Part shown: piece after piece, positions 24,732 through 32,000 of the stretch
Layout of the letters: the number at the start of each line of letters is the position of its first letter
How positions within the stretch are numbered: the stretch's first letter is position 1
Source: Acaryochloris marina S15
GTDB taxonomy: Bacteria > Cyanobacteriota > Cyanobacteriia > Thermosynechococcales > Thermosynechococcaceae
NCBI RefSeq assembly: GCF_018336915.1
Contig: NZ_CP064923.1
Location: 3,090,001-3,122,000, forward strand
DNA: 32,000 bases
Reading direction: 5' to 3'
Position numbers and translations under genes: made by a program
The notes under the pieces: model-generated
Database searches by the model: none
What the model was told of the DNA's origin: nothing
What the model saw: the letters and a program-made list of their open reading frames with translations, nothing else

Positions 24732-24772
24732 AACCCTAGCAAATTGCCCTCTTTCTGCAAAACGCTAGGGTT
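24732..24772. terminator. possible terminator hairpin shared by convergent genes
   Basis: AACCCTAGC...GCTAGGGTT followed by TTTTCTTT on the plus strand. The 3' arm overlaps the stop codon of the minus-strand gene. The loop is long. Confidence 0.35.
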
Positions 24773-26954
24773 TTTTCTTTGATTTCGCCCGACAAGCAGA
24801 TTTTACAGAGATTTTGCGATATGGGGCTAATCCAATTTGCTGTAGCCAACATTGGGTCTCTTGGGTTTTGAGAATATTAGCAAAGGTTTGTCCAGCCGGT
24901 TGACGCCGATTATCACGAGGGTAAACCACATTCAGCGAAAACGTGAGGGGATAAGTTTGGTTCTGAAGCGCCTGAGCATTGACGGAATAACTGGCTTTGG
25001 AATTGCATAAGTCCGTGGCAGGTGTAACGGGTCGATGATTATTTAGCCGCAACGGAGAAACAGTAGCCTTCCCTTTTTCTGCCAGGGCTAAGGGATAGAC
25101 AGAACATTGGTTAATGACTTTGTTCAGCTCATCAAACCCAATGCTGAATGAGTCTCGATCTTCGAAGTCTTCAATCACCGCTCGGAGTTGCAAGGTGGTA
25201 CTTGCAAAGCCGCAAAAGGAACCCACACACTTTTGATTCGGTTTATGAATGGGGATTCGACCTCGAGTTGCTACCAGTTTACGGAAAGCGGCAATACTAG
25301 AATCATCTACAAGAACTTGACGTTCGAAGATTCGCAGCAGTCCATCCTGATCGGGAAAATACACTTTAACGGGACGATTAGGACCGCCTAACTCCTGCCA
25401 GTTCTTGATTTGGCCAGTATATAACCTTCGTAGCTGGTCTAGGGTAATTTTGCCCTTCAGTCTTCGAGGAAGGCTATTCTCCCGCTGAGCATAGCCAAAG
25501 GCAACGAATACAGCGATGCCATTATAGGCAAAGGGCTTAACGCCAAAGGATGGATCAATATCATCCGTATGGTTGGTAATAATAAAGTTTGCTGTTTGCC
25601 CATTGAGCAACGTTATCACTCTCTGCCCATGTGCCCCAGGTTGATTGGCAATCGAATCTTGTGATATCGATATCGGCTGATATTCCCAAGACTGTAGAAG
25701 AGCTTGGGCCTGAATTAACTCCCGCTGAAGGGTTGTATTTCGCTTTAGTAAGTGGGGTTGGGTATAGAGGAAATCCCAGGTCCCCTGTTTCTCAGCTAAG
25801 AATTGCACAGGGCCTATCGGCACATTGGCAACTTGATCGATACAGCAAGAGATATTCTCTGTAGAAAGTGAGTGTTTAGTTTGATTTCTAAGGTACAGCC
25901 ACCCTATCCCTACACTGCCTATGAATAAATAAGCAAAAACCCATCCCATCCACCAGCATGGACGAGTTGGTCTCGATTCTTGTGCCGTAACTGAAGATGA
26001 TAAAATTTCTGACTTTGGAATAGGAGGTAAGCTTAAGAGTACTTGCCGTGCCTGTTCAGAGGTTTCGAAGGGGGGATCAGATTCTCCAGTTAAGCGCTGA
26101 ATAAATTGTTGATCTGCTGGGGGAAAGTCAGATCTAAACTGACGTTCCATAGATGTTTCACCCAAAGGTTGCTGCGGGTCTTTGGATGCTGCGGTTAAAT
26201 ACTGTGCTATTTCTCCAACGGCCTGTAAATCCTGTGCGATCGCAGGTCGGCATTGTGGATCTAAGGGAGACGTAAAAAGAGACTCCCAAAAATAGAAATC
26301 GCATAAATACACTAATAGTCCTGGATTTTGCTCAGCAACTAATACGCTGTCTAGGTTGAGATTGCCATGGAGAAGACCTGATTGCACCTGGCCTGAAATC
26401 CATCGGAATTGCTGTTGGTGCATAAATTCCAAACTTTGCAGAATCTGGGACAAGATATTCCGGATTGATGCAACAGATAGTGGAGATTTATTCTCTAGGA
26501 ACTGCCTTAAAGATATGGTATCGGTCTGCTCACCGCCGTACACCAAGAAATAACGTTCCGGTGAAGATAGGGAAGGAACTATGGCCTCTAAAGGCATCAC
26601 TAACCGGAAATTCTGGGCACGACCATCCGCCAAGCGAATGCCTGATCTTTGGGTAAACGCCTCTCTCCGCTTAAAAATTTGTTCGAAATTGAATGTTTGC
26701 TGCGGCAGCACATATTCTTTCAGGACACAGGAACTTTGATCTGAGAGATTGGTGGCCTCGTATAAGCGCCCATTTCCTCGCTGGCCTAAAAAAGCAACCA
26801 TTTCATATTGATGTTGGCCGTTGATTTTGGTTTTTGGCGAGAGAATCCCTGGGAAATGACAAACTGAGCAACTCCCCTTCTCAGACACGGCATTACACGT
26901 TAAAGGGTTTCCTTGGGGGCATGCATATTGGGAATAAGGGGGCTTAGGGATCAT
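24765..26954 (-). CDS. kinase-like protein: N-terminal 4-Cys motif, degenerate Ser/Thr kinase domain, TM helix, C-terminal PstS-like substrate-binding domain
   Basis: CPQGNPLTC...CSVC at the N-terminus. The kinase-like blocks are VLKEY, LHGNLNLDSVLV (where HRDLKxxN is expected) and LCDFYFWE. A hydrophobic segment WWMGWVFAYLFIGSVGIGWLYL follows. The C-terminus has LDQLRRLYTGQIKNWQELGGPNRPVKVYFPD, which is PBP/PstS-like. Confidence 0.7.
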   Translation of the reverse strand: MIPKPPYSQYACPQGNPLTCNAVSEKGSCSVCHFPGILSPKTKINGQHQYEMVAFLGQRGNGRLYEATNLSDQSSCVLKEYVLPQQTFNFEQIFKRREAFTQRSGIRLADGRAQNFRLVMPLEAIVPSLSSPERYFLVYGGEQTDTISLRQFLENKSPLSVASIRNILSQILQSLEFMHQQQFRWISGQVQSGLLHGNLNLDSVLVAEQNPGLLVYLCDFYFWESLFTSPLDPQCRPAIAQDLQAVGEIAQYLTAASKDPQQPLGETSMERQFRSDFPPADQQFIQRLTGESDPPFETSEQARQVLLSLPPIPKSEILSSSVTAQESRPTRPCWWMGWVFAYLFIGSVGIGWLYLRNQTKHSLSTENISCCIDQVANVPIGPVQFLAEKQGTWDFLYTQPHLLKRNTTLQRELIQAQALLQSWEYQPISISQDSIANQPGAHGQRVITLLNGQTANFIITNHTDDIDPSFGVKPFAYNGIAVFVAFGYAQRENSLPRRLKGKITLDQLRRLYTGQIKNWQELGGPNRPVKVYFPDQDGLLRIFERQVLVDDSSIAAFRKLVATRGRIPIHKPNQKCVGSFCGFASTTLQLRAVIEDFEDRDSFSIGFDELNKVINQCSVYPLALAEKGKATVSPLRLNNHRPVTPATDLCNSKASYSVNAQALQNQTYPLTFSLNVVYPRDNRRQPAGQTFANILKTQETQCWLQQIGLAPYRKISVKSACRAKSKKKP

Positions 26955-27106
26955 GATTCATATTGGCAATGTGGAAGAAACCTAGCCAACTAATCGCTCA
27001 ATCTCTCGAATCCACTGCAACCGTTCTCCATGTTCCATCTGCAGAATGTCATTCCGGGACCAATGAAAGTGATAAGCGATATAGGCTACCTCCTCGTAGA
27101 GTTTAT

Positions 27107-27439
27107 CTAGGGGGTAGCCAAGTGCTCCCCCAGTTCAATCGGGCCTCCATAAGCGTGGGTGAGATTGACGTAAACATCTTGCAAGTAAAGAAAGTCTGTC
27201 AGAAATAATTGCTCCAGATGATGTGGCGTAATCTGCTGAAATTGTCCTAAAAAGGTGATGGCTTGGGTGAGCAAAACCAAAGCTCCATAGTAGGGGTTGT
27301 CATGAACCCGCTGATCTCGCTGAATTTTGAGTTCATCATGTCCCGTCGCTAAGCGTAGCCCTCCTTGACGATGGAGCCTGCCTTGATCATCCAGTAACCC
27401 TTTAGGCAAAGTAAATACGTAGGTTGAAGATTCGTTCAT
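27107..27439 (-). CDS. small CIS-associated protein, paralog B (tail-assembly-chaperone-like?)
   Basis: 110 aa, paralogous to 27460-27879. Shared pattern: LPKG.LD..G.LHR.G..RL....DE......D.RV..NP.Y......IT.LG........E.LF..D..YLQ..Y. Confidence 0.55.
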   Translation of the reverse strand: MNESSTYVFTLPKGLLDDQGRLHRQGGLRLATGHDELKIQRDQRVHDNPYYGALVLLTQAITFLGQFQQITPHHLEQLFLTDFLYLQDVYVNLTHAYGGPIELGEHLATP

Positions 27440-27459
27440 TCCGCATAATCTAATAAGAG

Positions 27460-27879
27460 TTAGGATTCCTGGGTTTCGGGATATGAAGGTGCTTCAGCTC
27501 CAGAGCCATCTTCTAGTTCATTGATGTGTCGATAGAACTTTTGAAGATAGCTGAGATCACAGGCAAACAGTCCTTCAACAACATTGGGGCTGATGGAGTC
27601 TAGGGCCCCTAAACGCGTGATCACCCGAGACAGAATAATGACCGTCGCATAGGCCGGATTGGCTTTTACCCGCGGATCACGCATCGGTACAATCTCATCC
27701 ATCGCCCTGGACAAGCGCATGATGCCCTTGCGATGCAAATTCCCAGCCGTATCGAGATATCCTTTGGGCAACTCAAACTCAAACTCTATTTGCACCGAAC
27801 CCAAAACTGTCTGAGATTCTGTTACCGGTCCAGGGACCTCAGGGGGAGGTGATAGCCCTAAATTATTACTCAGTTGCAT
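27460..27879 (-). CDS. small CIS-associated protein, paralog A (tail-assembly-chaperone-like?)
   Basis: 139 aa. Its start codon lies 1 nt from the preceding stop. See paralog B for the shared pattern. Confidence 0.55.
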   Translation of the reverse strand: MQLSNNLGLSPPPEVPGPVTESQTVLGSVQIEFEFELPKGYLDTAGNLHRKGIMRLSRAMDEIVPMRDPRVKANPAYATVIILSRVITRLGALDSISPNVVEGLFACDLSYLQKFYRHINELEDGSGAEAPSYPETQES

Positions 27880-27880
27880 A

Positions 27881-28375
27881 TTACGCCGTGACCTCTACTC
27901 GCTTAACGGATTCAACCGTAATCTCCACCTCTTCGATGTTATGGTCTCCACTTTTGACATCTAGATCAGAAATTTTGTAGCTGACGGGCCAGGCTCCTTG
28001 AAATTCCAATCGACACTGTTCTTTCGCAGCTTGGTTATAAATCACCAATGCACCTTCCCGGCGCTGCTCAGCCCAGTCTCCTTCTTGCACCTTTTGTAAC
28101 CAATTCCACAAAGTCATTGAAGACATCAAACCCCGCTTTAAGGTGAGGTTAGAGTAGGTGGCATTGCCAGGAATCTTGGTGCGGATGTTGCGACCTTTGG
28201 TTTTTCCCTGTTTCCCCCAGAGTTGTGGGGTCACCTCTACCACTTCAATCACGTCCTGGGAAGCTTGAAACCCGCTACATTCCATAAATATTCCATCAAC
28301 TGAATCTTGGCTTCCTTCCAGTTTCAGTTCTAGATAGAATCTTGACCGTGTGAGGATTTCTGGTAGATCGGGCAT
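27881..28375 (-). CDS. phage-tail-tube-like protein (CIS tube paralog 3)
   Basis: 164 aa. The N-terminal RSRFYLELKLEG...CSGF block is typical of the gp19/Afp1-5 tube family. It lies next to two other tube genes. Confidence 0.7.
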   Translation of the reverse strand: MPDLPEILTRSRFYLELKLEGSQDSVDGIFMECSGFQASQDVIEVVEVTPQLWGKQGKTKGRNIRTKIPGNATYSNLTLKRGLMSSMTLWNWLQKVQEGDWAEQRREGALVIYNQAAKEQCRLEFQGAWPVSYKISDLDVKSGDHNIEEVEITVESVKRVEVTA

Positions 28376-28410
28376 TAGAGCGGTTCACCCTAGTGAAATG
28401 TGCACAAAAT

Positions 28411-28893
28411 TTAGACTTTCCGGATGACCTGAGTGAAGTACAGATCAATATTGTCTTCTGCTAGTTGTCCACCACTATCCACTGACAGACTTCCCACCTG
28501 CTTTTTCGCCCCTGGGAACAGGTCGGTAAAATTAAAGCGCATGGCTTCTTTGCCATCTGGGTTATAAATGACTAAAGACCCCGTTTTACGGCCTTCCATC
28601 GCTTTAGAGCCTCCCCCAGAAAAGGTATCTGGGTGACAATCGTCGTACCAATCCGAAAGCTTCTTTTGTTCTCCCTCATTGCCTGCAACATAGGTGAGGG
28701 CAATAGTGCTGTTGTATTTAACTCCACCAATCGTCGCTTGAGTCTGGGTTTTAGCATCTTTGGTGACTCCAATAGCTGAATCGCCCCCCGCAACTTCCAG
28801 TTCAATTTCAGGACCACTGATTGATTTAAGGGTCAAAGAAGTTACCCCATCTATCTCAAAATAAAACTTGGAATTGGCTAGATACTGAACCAT
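28411..28893 (-). CDS. phage-tail-tube-like protein (CIS tube paralog 2)
   Basis: 160 aa: NSKFYFEIDGV..LTLKSISG...GSLVIYN..G.E..RFNF. Confidence 0.75.
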   Translation of the reverse strand: MVQYLANSKFYFEIDGVTSLTLKSISGPEIELEVAGGDSAIGVTKDAKTQTQATIGGVKYNSTIALTYVAGNEGEQKKLSDWYDDCHPDTFSGGGSKAMEGRKTGSLVIYNPDGKEAMRFNFTDLFPGAKKQVGSLSVDSGGQLAEDNIDLYFTQVIRKV

Positions 28894-28960
28894 TTTGGGT
28901 CTCCGAATTTATCCCTGATCATTACACTGTTGTGCTGGATCCAATGAGAAGCAATCAGCA

Positions 28961-29461
28961 CTATTTTGTTCGATTAAATTTCTCACACGTGATGGTGTAG
29001 GTCTCTTCGATATAGCTGTCGGCGGTAACATCTAAGTCTGCACATTTATACTTAGACGGCCAAGCTTCACTAAACTGCCATTTGGCCACTTCCTCACCAT
29101 CCGTGTTGTAGGCGGTAATACTGCCTTCTTTCTGGTTATCTGCCCACTTGCCTTTGCCACCACTGGAAGAGGGCAAACATTGCTCAAACCATTTATACAT
29201 ATTCAAACTGGTGCTATCGCCATCTCCACTGGCAATACAAATGCAGTCAAAGGAGAATAAGCCTTCAAAACCTGCTGAGTTGACTTGCCAAATGGTTTTC
29301 CCCCCTTTTGTGGTTCCCACGGCCTGTTGTCCCCCTTGGACTTTGGGAGAGTAGTCGGGAATATTTACACTCTTGAATACAGATTTTTCACCATCAGCAA
29401 CACCAGAAATCTCTAGATAGAAACTACTGGGGGCAATGGGTTTATTAAGTTCACTTGCCAC
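28961..29461 (-). CDS. phage-tail-tube-like protein (CIS tube paralog 1)
   Basis: 166 aa: PSSFYLEISGV......FKSV......GSITAYN.DGEEVAKWQFSEAWP.KY. Confidence 0.75.
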   Translation of the reverse strand: MASELNKPIAPSSFYLEISGVADGEKSVFKSVNIPDYSPKVQGGQQAVGTTKGGKTIWQVNSAGFEGLFSFDCICIASGDGDSTSLNMYKWFEQCLPSSSGGKGKWADNQKEGSITAYNTDGEEVAKWQFSEAWPSKYKCADLDVTADSYIEETYTITCEKFNRTK

Positions 29462-29563
29462 AGATATGCTCCTTGTTCAGTGATCGATGAAATAGACGAT
29501 CAGCAATCCCGATAGATATGCTGAGAGGCAGAAAGAGGCAATCCCCTTCCTGCCTAAAAGAGT

Positions 29564-31264
29564 TTACTGATTAGGAGCCCACTGGCTAATCCGGAAGATC
29601 ACAAATTCCGCTGGCCGTACTGGACAGACACCCACTTCGACGTAGAGCCGACCTAACATAATGGTTTCGTTGGTGTTCAATTCACCATCGCATTTGACAT
29701 AAAAGGCTTCGGAGGGAGAGGCCCCAAATAATGCGCCCTCCCGCCAAAGTCGCTCTAGGAAATTACTGACGGTTCGAGTAATCCGTGCCCATAAATCCTG
29801 ATCATTGGGTTCAAAAACGACCCACTGAGTACCAATCTCAATTGATTTTTCGATATAGCTGATCAGGCGACGGACACTAATATAACGCCATTGGACGTTA
29901 TCCGGTTCAACCAAGGTGCGTGCCCCCCAAACCTTAAAGCCGCGGTTGTAATTGGCAAAATTGCGAATACAGTTGATTCCCTTAGGATTCAGAAGTTCCT
30001 GCTCTCGCATATTGGTTTCATAGGCTAAGCCAATGACTCCCCTTGGAGTATCATTTGCAGGTGCTTTAAAGACACCTCTTGACTCATCTGTCCGACACCA
30101 AATCCCCATCATATGCCCGCAGGGCGGCACCATAATCGGGCGTCCACCATTGCGAGGATTCGCGACTTTTATCCAGGGATAATAGATAGCCCCAAACATA
30201 GAGCGGCGATTAAATTCATTCAGCCATTGAGCGACATGCTGGGGGCGCTGTTGTTCTGGGGGAACCGCAGTATTATCATTTTTGCCAATTTTGACAGGAG
30301 GTGGATCAAGGACGGCCATCCGGTAAGCAGGGCCCGGAAAGGAATTCTCGCATAGGCTGACCATCATTTCCATGACTCCATGCACCTGATCCAGATCGAG
30401 CAGGCCATTTTGATAGGCACGCATCAAGTCAGGACAGGCAATCATAGCCACTTCATCAATCTCGAATATGCCCTGCATGCCGGTGCGGTCATCCCGCTGC
30501 CCCTGCAAATCACGAGGGAATCTTTCAGGCGTAGAGATTTGAGGCGGGGGGGTGATTTCAAAGGCTCCATTGGCTGGCCGACGAGATAGCGCTTGCCCAG
30601 ACTGAGAGAGGTTCGCAACCGTGACGAATTCAGATTCTTCCAAAGCCGTGACGACATAGTCAGCAACAGCCGTGTCAACATCGGGATTCATGGTCAGGTA
30701 TTCATACTTCTCTAGCTGTTCTCCACCCTGCCTAACGACAACGGTAAAGTATTCACCAGAGTTGAGAGGAGGCTCTTCATCGTCCTCCACTGGCTTGGGC
30801 GCGCTCTCAAAGATAGCAACTTGAATCCGTGCATCTCCGGATGGAAGTGCGGGAGTATCCCCAGAGGCTTCTGGAAGCTTTAGACTAAATTTTAAGGAGG
30901 GTCGGCCACTAAAAGTGGGTAATAAAGTTCCAGCTTCTTCTGGATCTGGTGCAGCAGATCCCGGTAATTGAGTGCCAATACTCGTCACCCAACAGCGTCC
31001 ACCGCCATTCAGAAACCAGCCTTGAACAGCGAAAGGTAAGTAGGCATCAAAATCAGTAAACCCATCCGAACCGGGTTTGGCAAAAAATTCCCGATATTGA
31101 TCCCAATTGGTAATCATCATCGGCTGAAACAATTCAGCATCTCCACGCACGTCTTCAGTAAACCCGATAAATCCGGCCACACTGAGACTGACACCTTCGA
31201 TCGGGCGACTTCCTCGGTCAACTTCTTCGACATAAACGCCAGGGGCAAAATAATCCAGGGCCAT
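29564..31264 (-). CDS. contractile tail sheath protein
   Basis: 566 aa. The N-terminus YFAPGVYVEEVDRGSRPIEGVSLSVAGFIGFTE and the C-terminal block INCIRNF...GFKVWGARTL.......WRYISVRRL are sheath-family hallmarks. Confidence 0.88.
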   Translation of the reverse strand: MALDYFAPGVYVEEVDRGSRPIEGVSLSVAGFIGFTEDVRGDAELFQPMMITNWDQYREFFAKPGSDGFTDFDAYLPFAVQGWFLNGGGRCWVTSIGTQLPGSAAPDPEEAGTLLPTFSGRPSLKFSLKLPEASGDTPALPSGDARIQVAIFESAPKPVEDDEEPPLNSGEYFTVVVRQGGEQLEKYEYLTMNPDVDTAVADYVVTALEESEFVTVANLSQSGQALSRRPANGAFEITPPPQISTPERFPRDLQGQRDDRTGMQGIFEIDEVAMIACPDLMRAYQNGLLDLDQVHGVMEMMVSLCENSFPGPAYRMAVLDPPPVKIGKNDNTAVPPEQQRPQHVAQWLNEFNRRSMFGAIYYPWIKVANPRNGGRPIMVPPCGHMMGIWCRTDESRGVFKAPANDTPRGVIGLAYETNMREQELLNPKGINCIRNFANYNRGFKVWGARTLVEPDNVQWRYISVRRLISYIEKSIEIGTQWVVFEPNDQDLWARITRTVSNFLERLWREGALFGASPSEAFYVKCDGELNTNETIMLGRLYVEVGVCPVRPAEFVIFRISQWAPNQ

Positions 31265-31304
31265 TGACTAGCTTCCTCCATTCGTTACGGGGTAAAGACT
31301 TGAA

Positions 31305-31865
31305 CTACTGCATAGGCGTGCTTTCACACCAATGATTCTTACTAGGTTTGGAAAGAGCAGGCGATCGTTCGGATACAAAAAATGGAATAGTGACGACTAC
31401 GTGTAGCGCCGGACGTAAGGGAGCACCTAACGCATGCCAGAGTTCGATTGGATTCATTAACCTTCCAGTGGAAATTCTCATCGGCAAACGGCCATAGCCT
31501 TGCAAGACTGGAGATAAATATTCAATCGGCAAGAATGAATGACGGGATAAGAGCATAAGGACTTCAGAAAGCAAATGTTGCTCTCCTAAGGCAGTAAAAT
31601 CCCAGACACTGACTAAGAAGGAAATATCAAACCACTTCAATGGCTTTGTCTGTTCTGCTTCTATATCCTGAATAGACTCTTCTTCCCCAGACAAATATTG
31701 TGGGGGGCAAGAATAGCTTTCACGAACGTCGTAACAGTAAAGGTTTACCCCAACTGCCATCTCCTGATCCACTTTGGGGTGGTTGAAAAATATCTGGTCC
31801 TTAGTGATGGAGGACGTTCCGTCAGACAGGATTTCTGCCAAGGTTTGAGTGACAGCAGGAATCAT
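31305..31865 (-). CDS. DUF4255 (Pvc16/Afp16 N-terminal-like) protein
   Basis: 186 aa. MIPAVTQTLAEIL....VGVNLYCYDVRE resembles the DUF4255 N-terminus. It sits immediately upstream of the sheath gene, as in many extracellular CIS (eCIS) loci. Confidence 0.65.
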   Translation of the reverse strand: MIPAVTQTLAEILSDGTSSITKDQIFFNHPKVDQEMAVGVNLYCYDVRESYSCPPQYLSGEEESIQDIEAEQTKPLKWFDISFLVSVWDFTALGEQHLLSEVLMLLSRHSFLPIEYLSPVLQGYGRLPMRISTGRLMNPIELWHALGAPLRPALHVVVTIPFFVSERSPALSKPSKNHWCESTPMQ

Positions 31866-32000
31866 AAATGAGCGCCATGAGGAAGCACAGCTCTACAGTA
31901 AGGAGTTAGTGAAGATATCGTTATTAGACTTTGGTCGGAATTATTGTTGTCCTTAAGCTACATCGGTTATTGCGACTTAAAACAAGTATTTTTATCCTTA

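Noticed and set aside
25188-27208. Small plus-strand ORFs (25188-25391, 25631-25864, 26356-26553, 26465-26656, 26963-27208)
   Set aside because: They are antisense to the kinase-like CDS or span the intergenic region and the 3' end of a CIS gene, with no motifs or RBS.
28572-30681. ORFs 28572-28817(-), 29148-29354(+), 30113-30355(+), 30380-30589(+) and 30442-30681(-)
   Set aside because: They are nested in alternative frames of the tube and sheath genes.

Overview
This is a cyanobacterial-type chromosomal window (the HIP1 octamer GCGATCGC recurs throughout). The main feature is a minus-strand tRNA gene array at about 3.7-9.5 kb. By manual cloverleaf folding I count 23 reasonably canonical tRNAs, 7 aberrant tRNA-like genes and one remnant. 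Their anticodons cover 18 amino acids; I found none for Ala or Phe. A near-consensus promoter (TTGACA-17-TAGTAT) sits upstream of the first tRNA. Three co-oriented protein genes interrupt the array: a fusion of a tRNA-binding OB domain to an Rnl2-type RNA ligase, a 140-aa unknown protein, and a YmdB-like macrodomain protein. Six of the tRNA-like genes carry the same conserved structured module inserted at the same position in the T-loop. Four Leu-anticodon tRNAs lack the class II long variable arm. I read this as a candidate self-contained tRNA supply plus repair or splicing system. The rest of the window holds: a DUF4336 gene; a transposase remnant with MITE-like repeats; an HNH endonuclease; a block of CBS-PAS histidine kinase, receiver and hybrid kinase; priA; a WecB/TagA-family glycosyltransferase; a DUF1643 gene split by a 1486-bp IS (9-bp target-site duplication, transposase with an in-frame TGA); a haem peroxidase with RTX repeats and an N-terminal tandem duplication; a Nif11-like small protein; a degenerate kinase fused to a PstS-like binding domain; and a partial contractile injection system (CIS) module (DUF4255, sheath, three tube paralogs, two small paralogs) that ends without baseplate or spike genes. 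All tRNA calls are hand folds and need tRNAscan-SE, ARAGORN or Infernal confirmation. No CRISPR array and no rRNA were seen.
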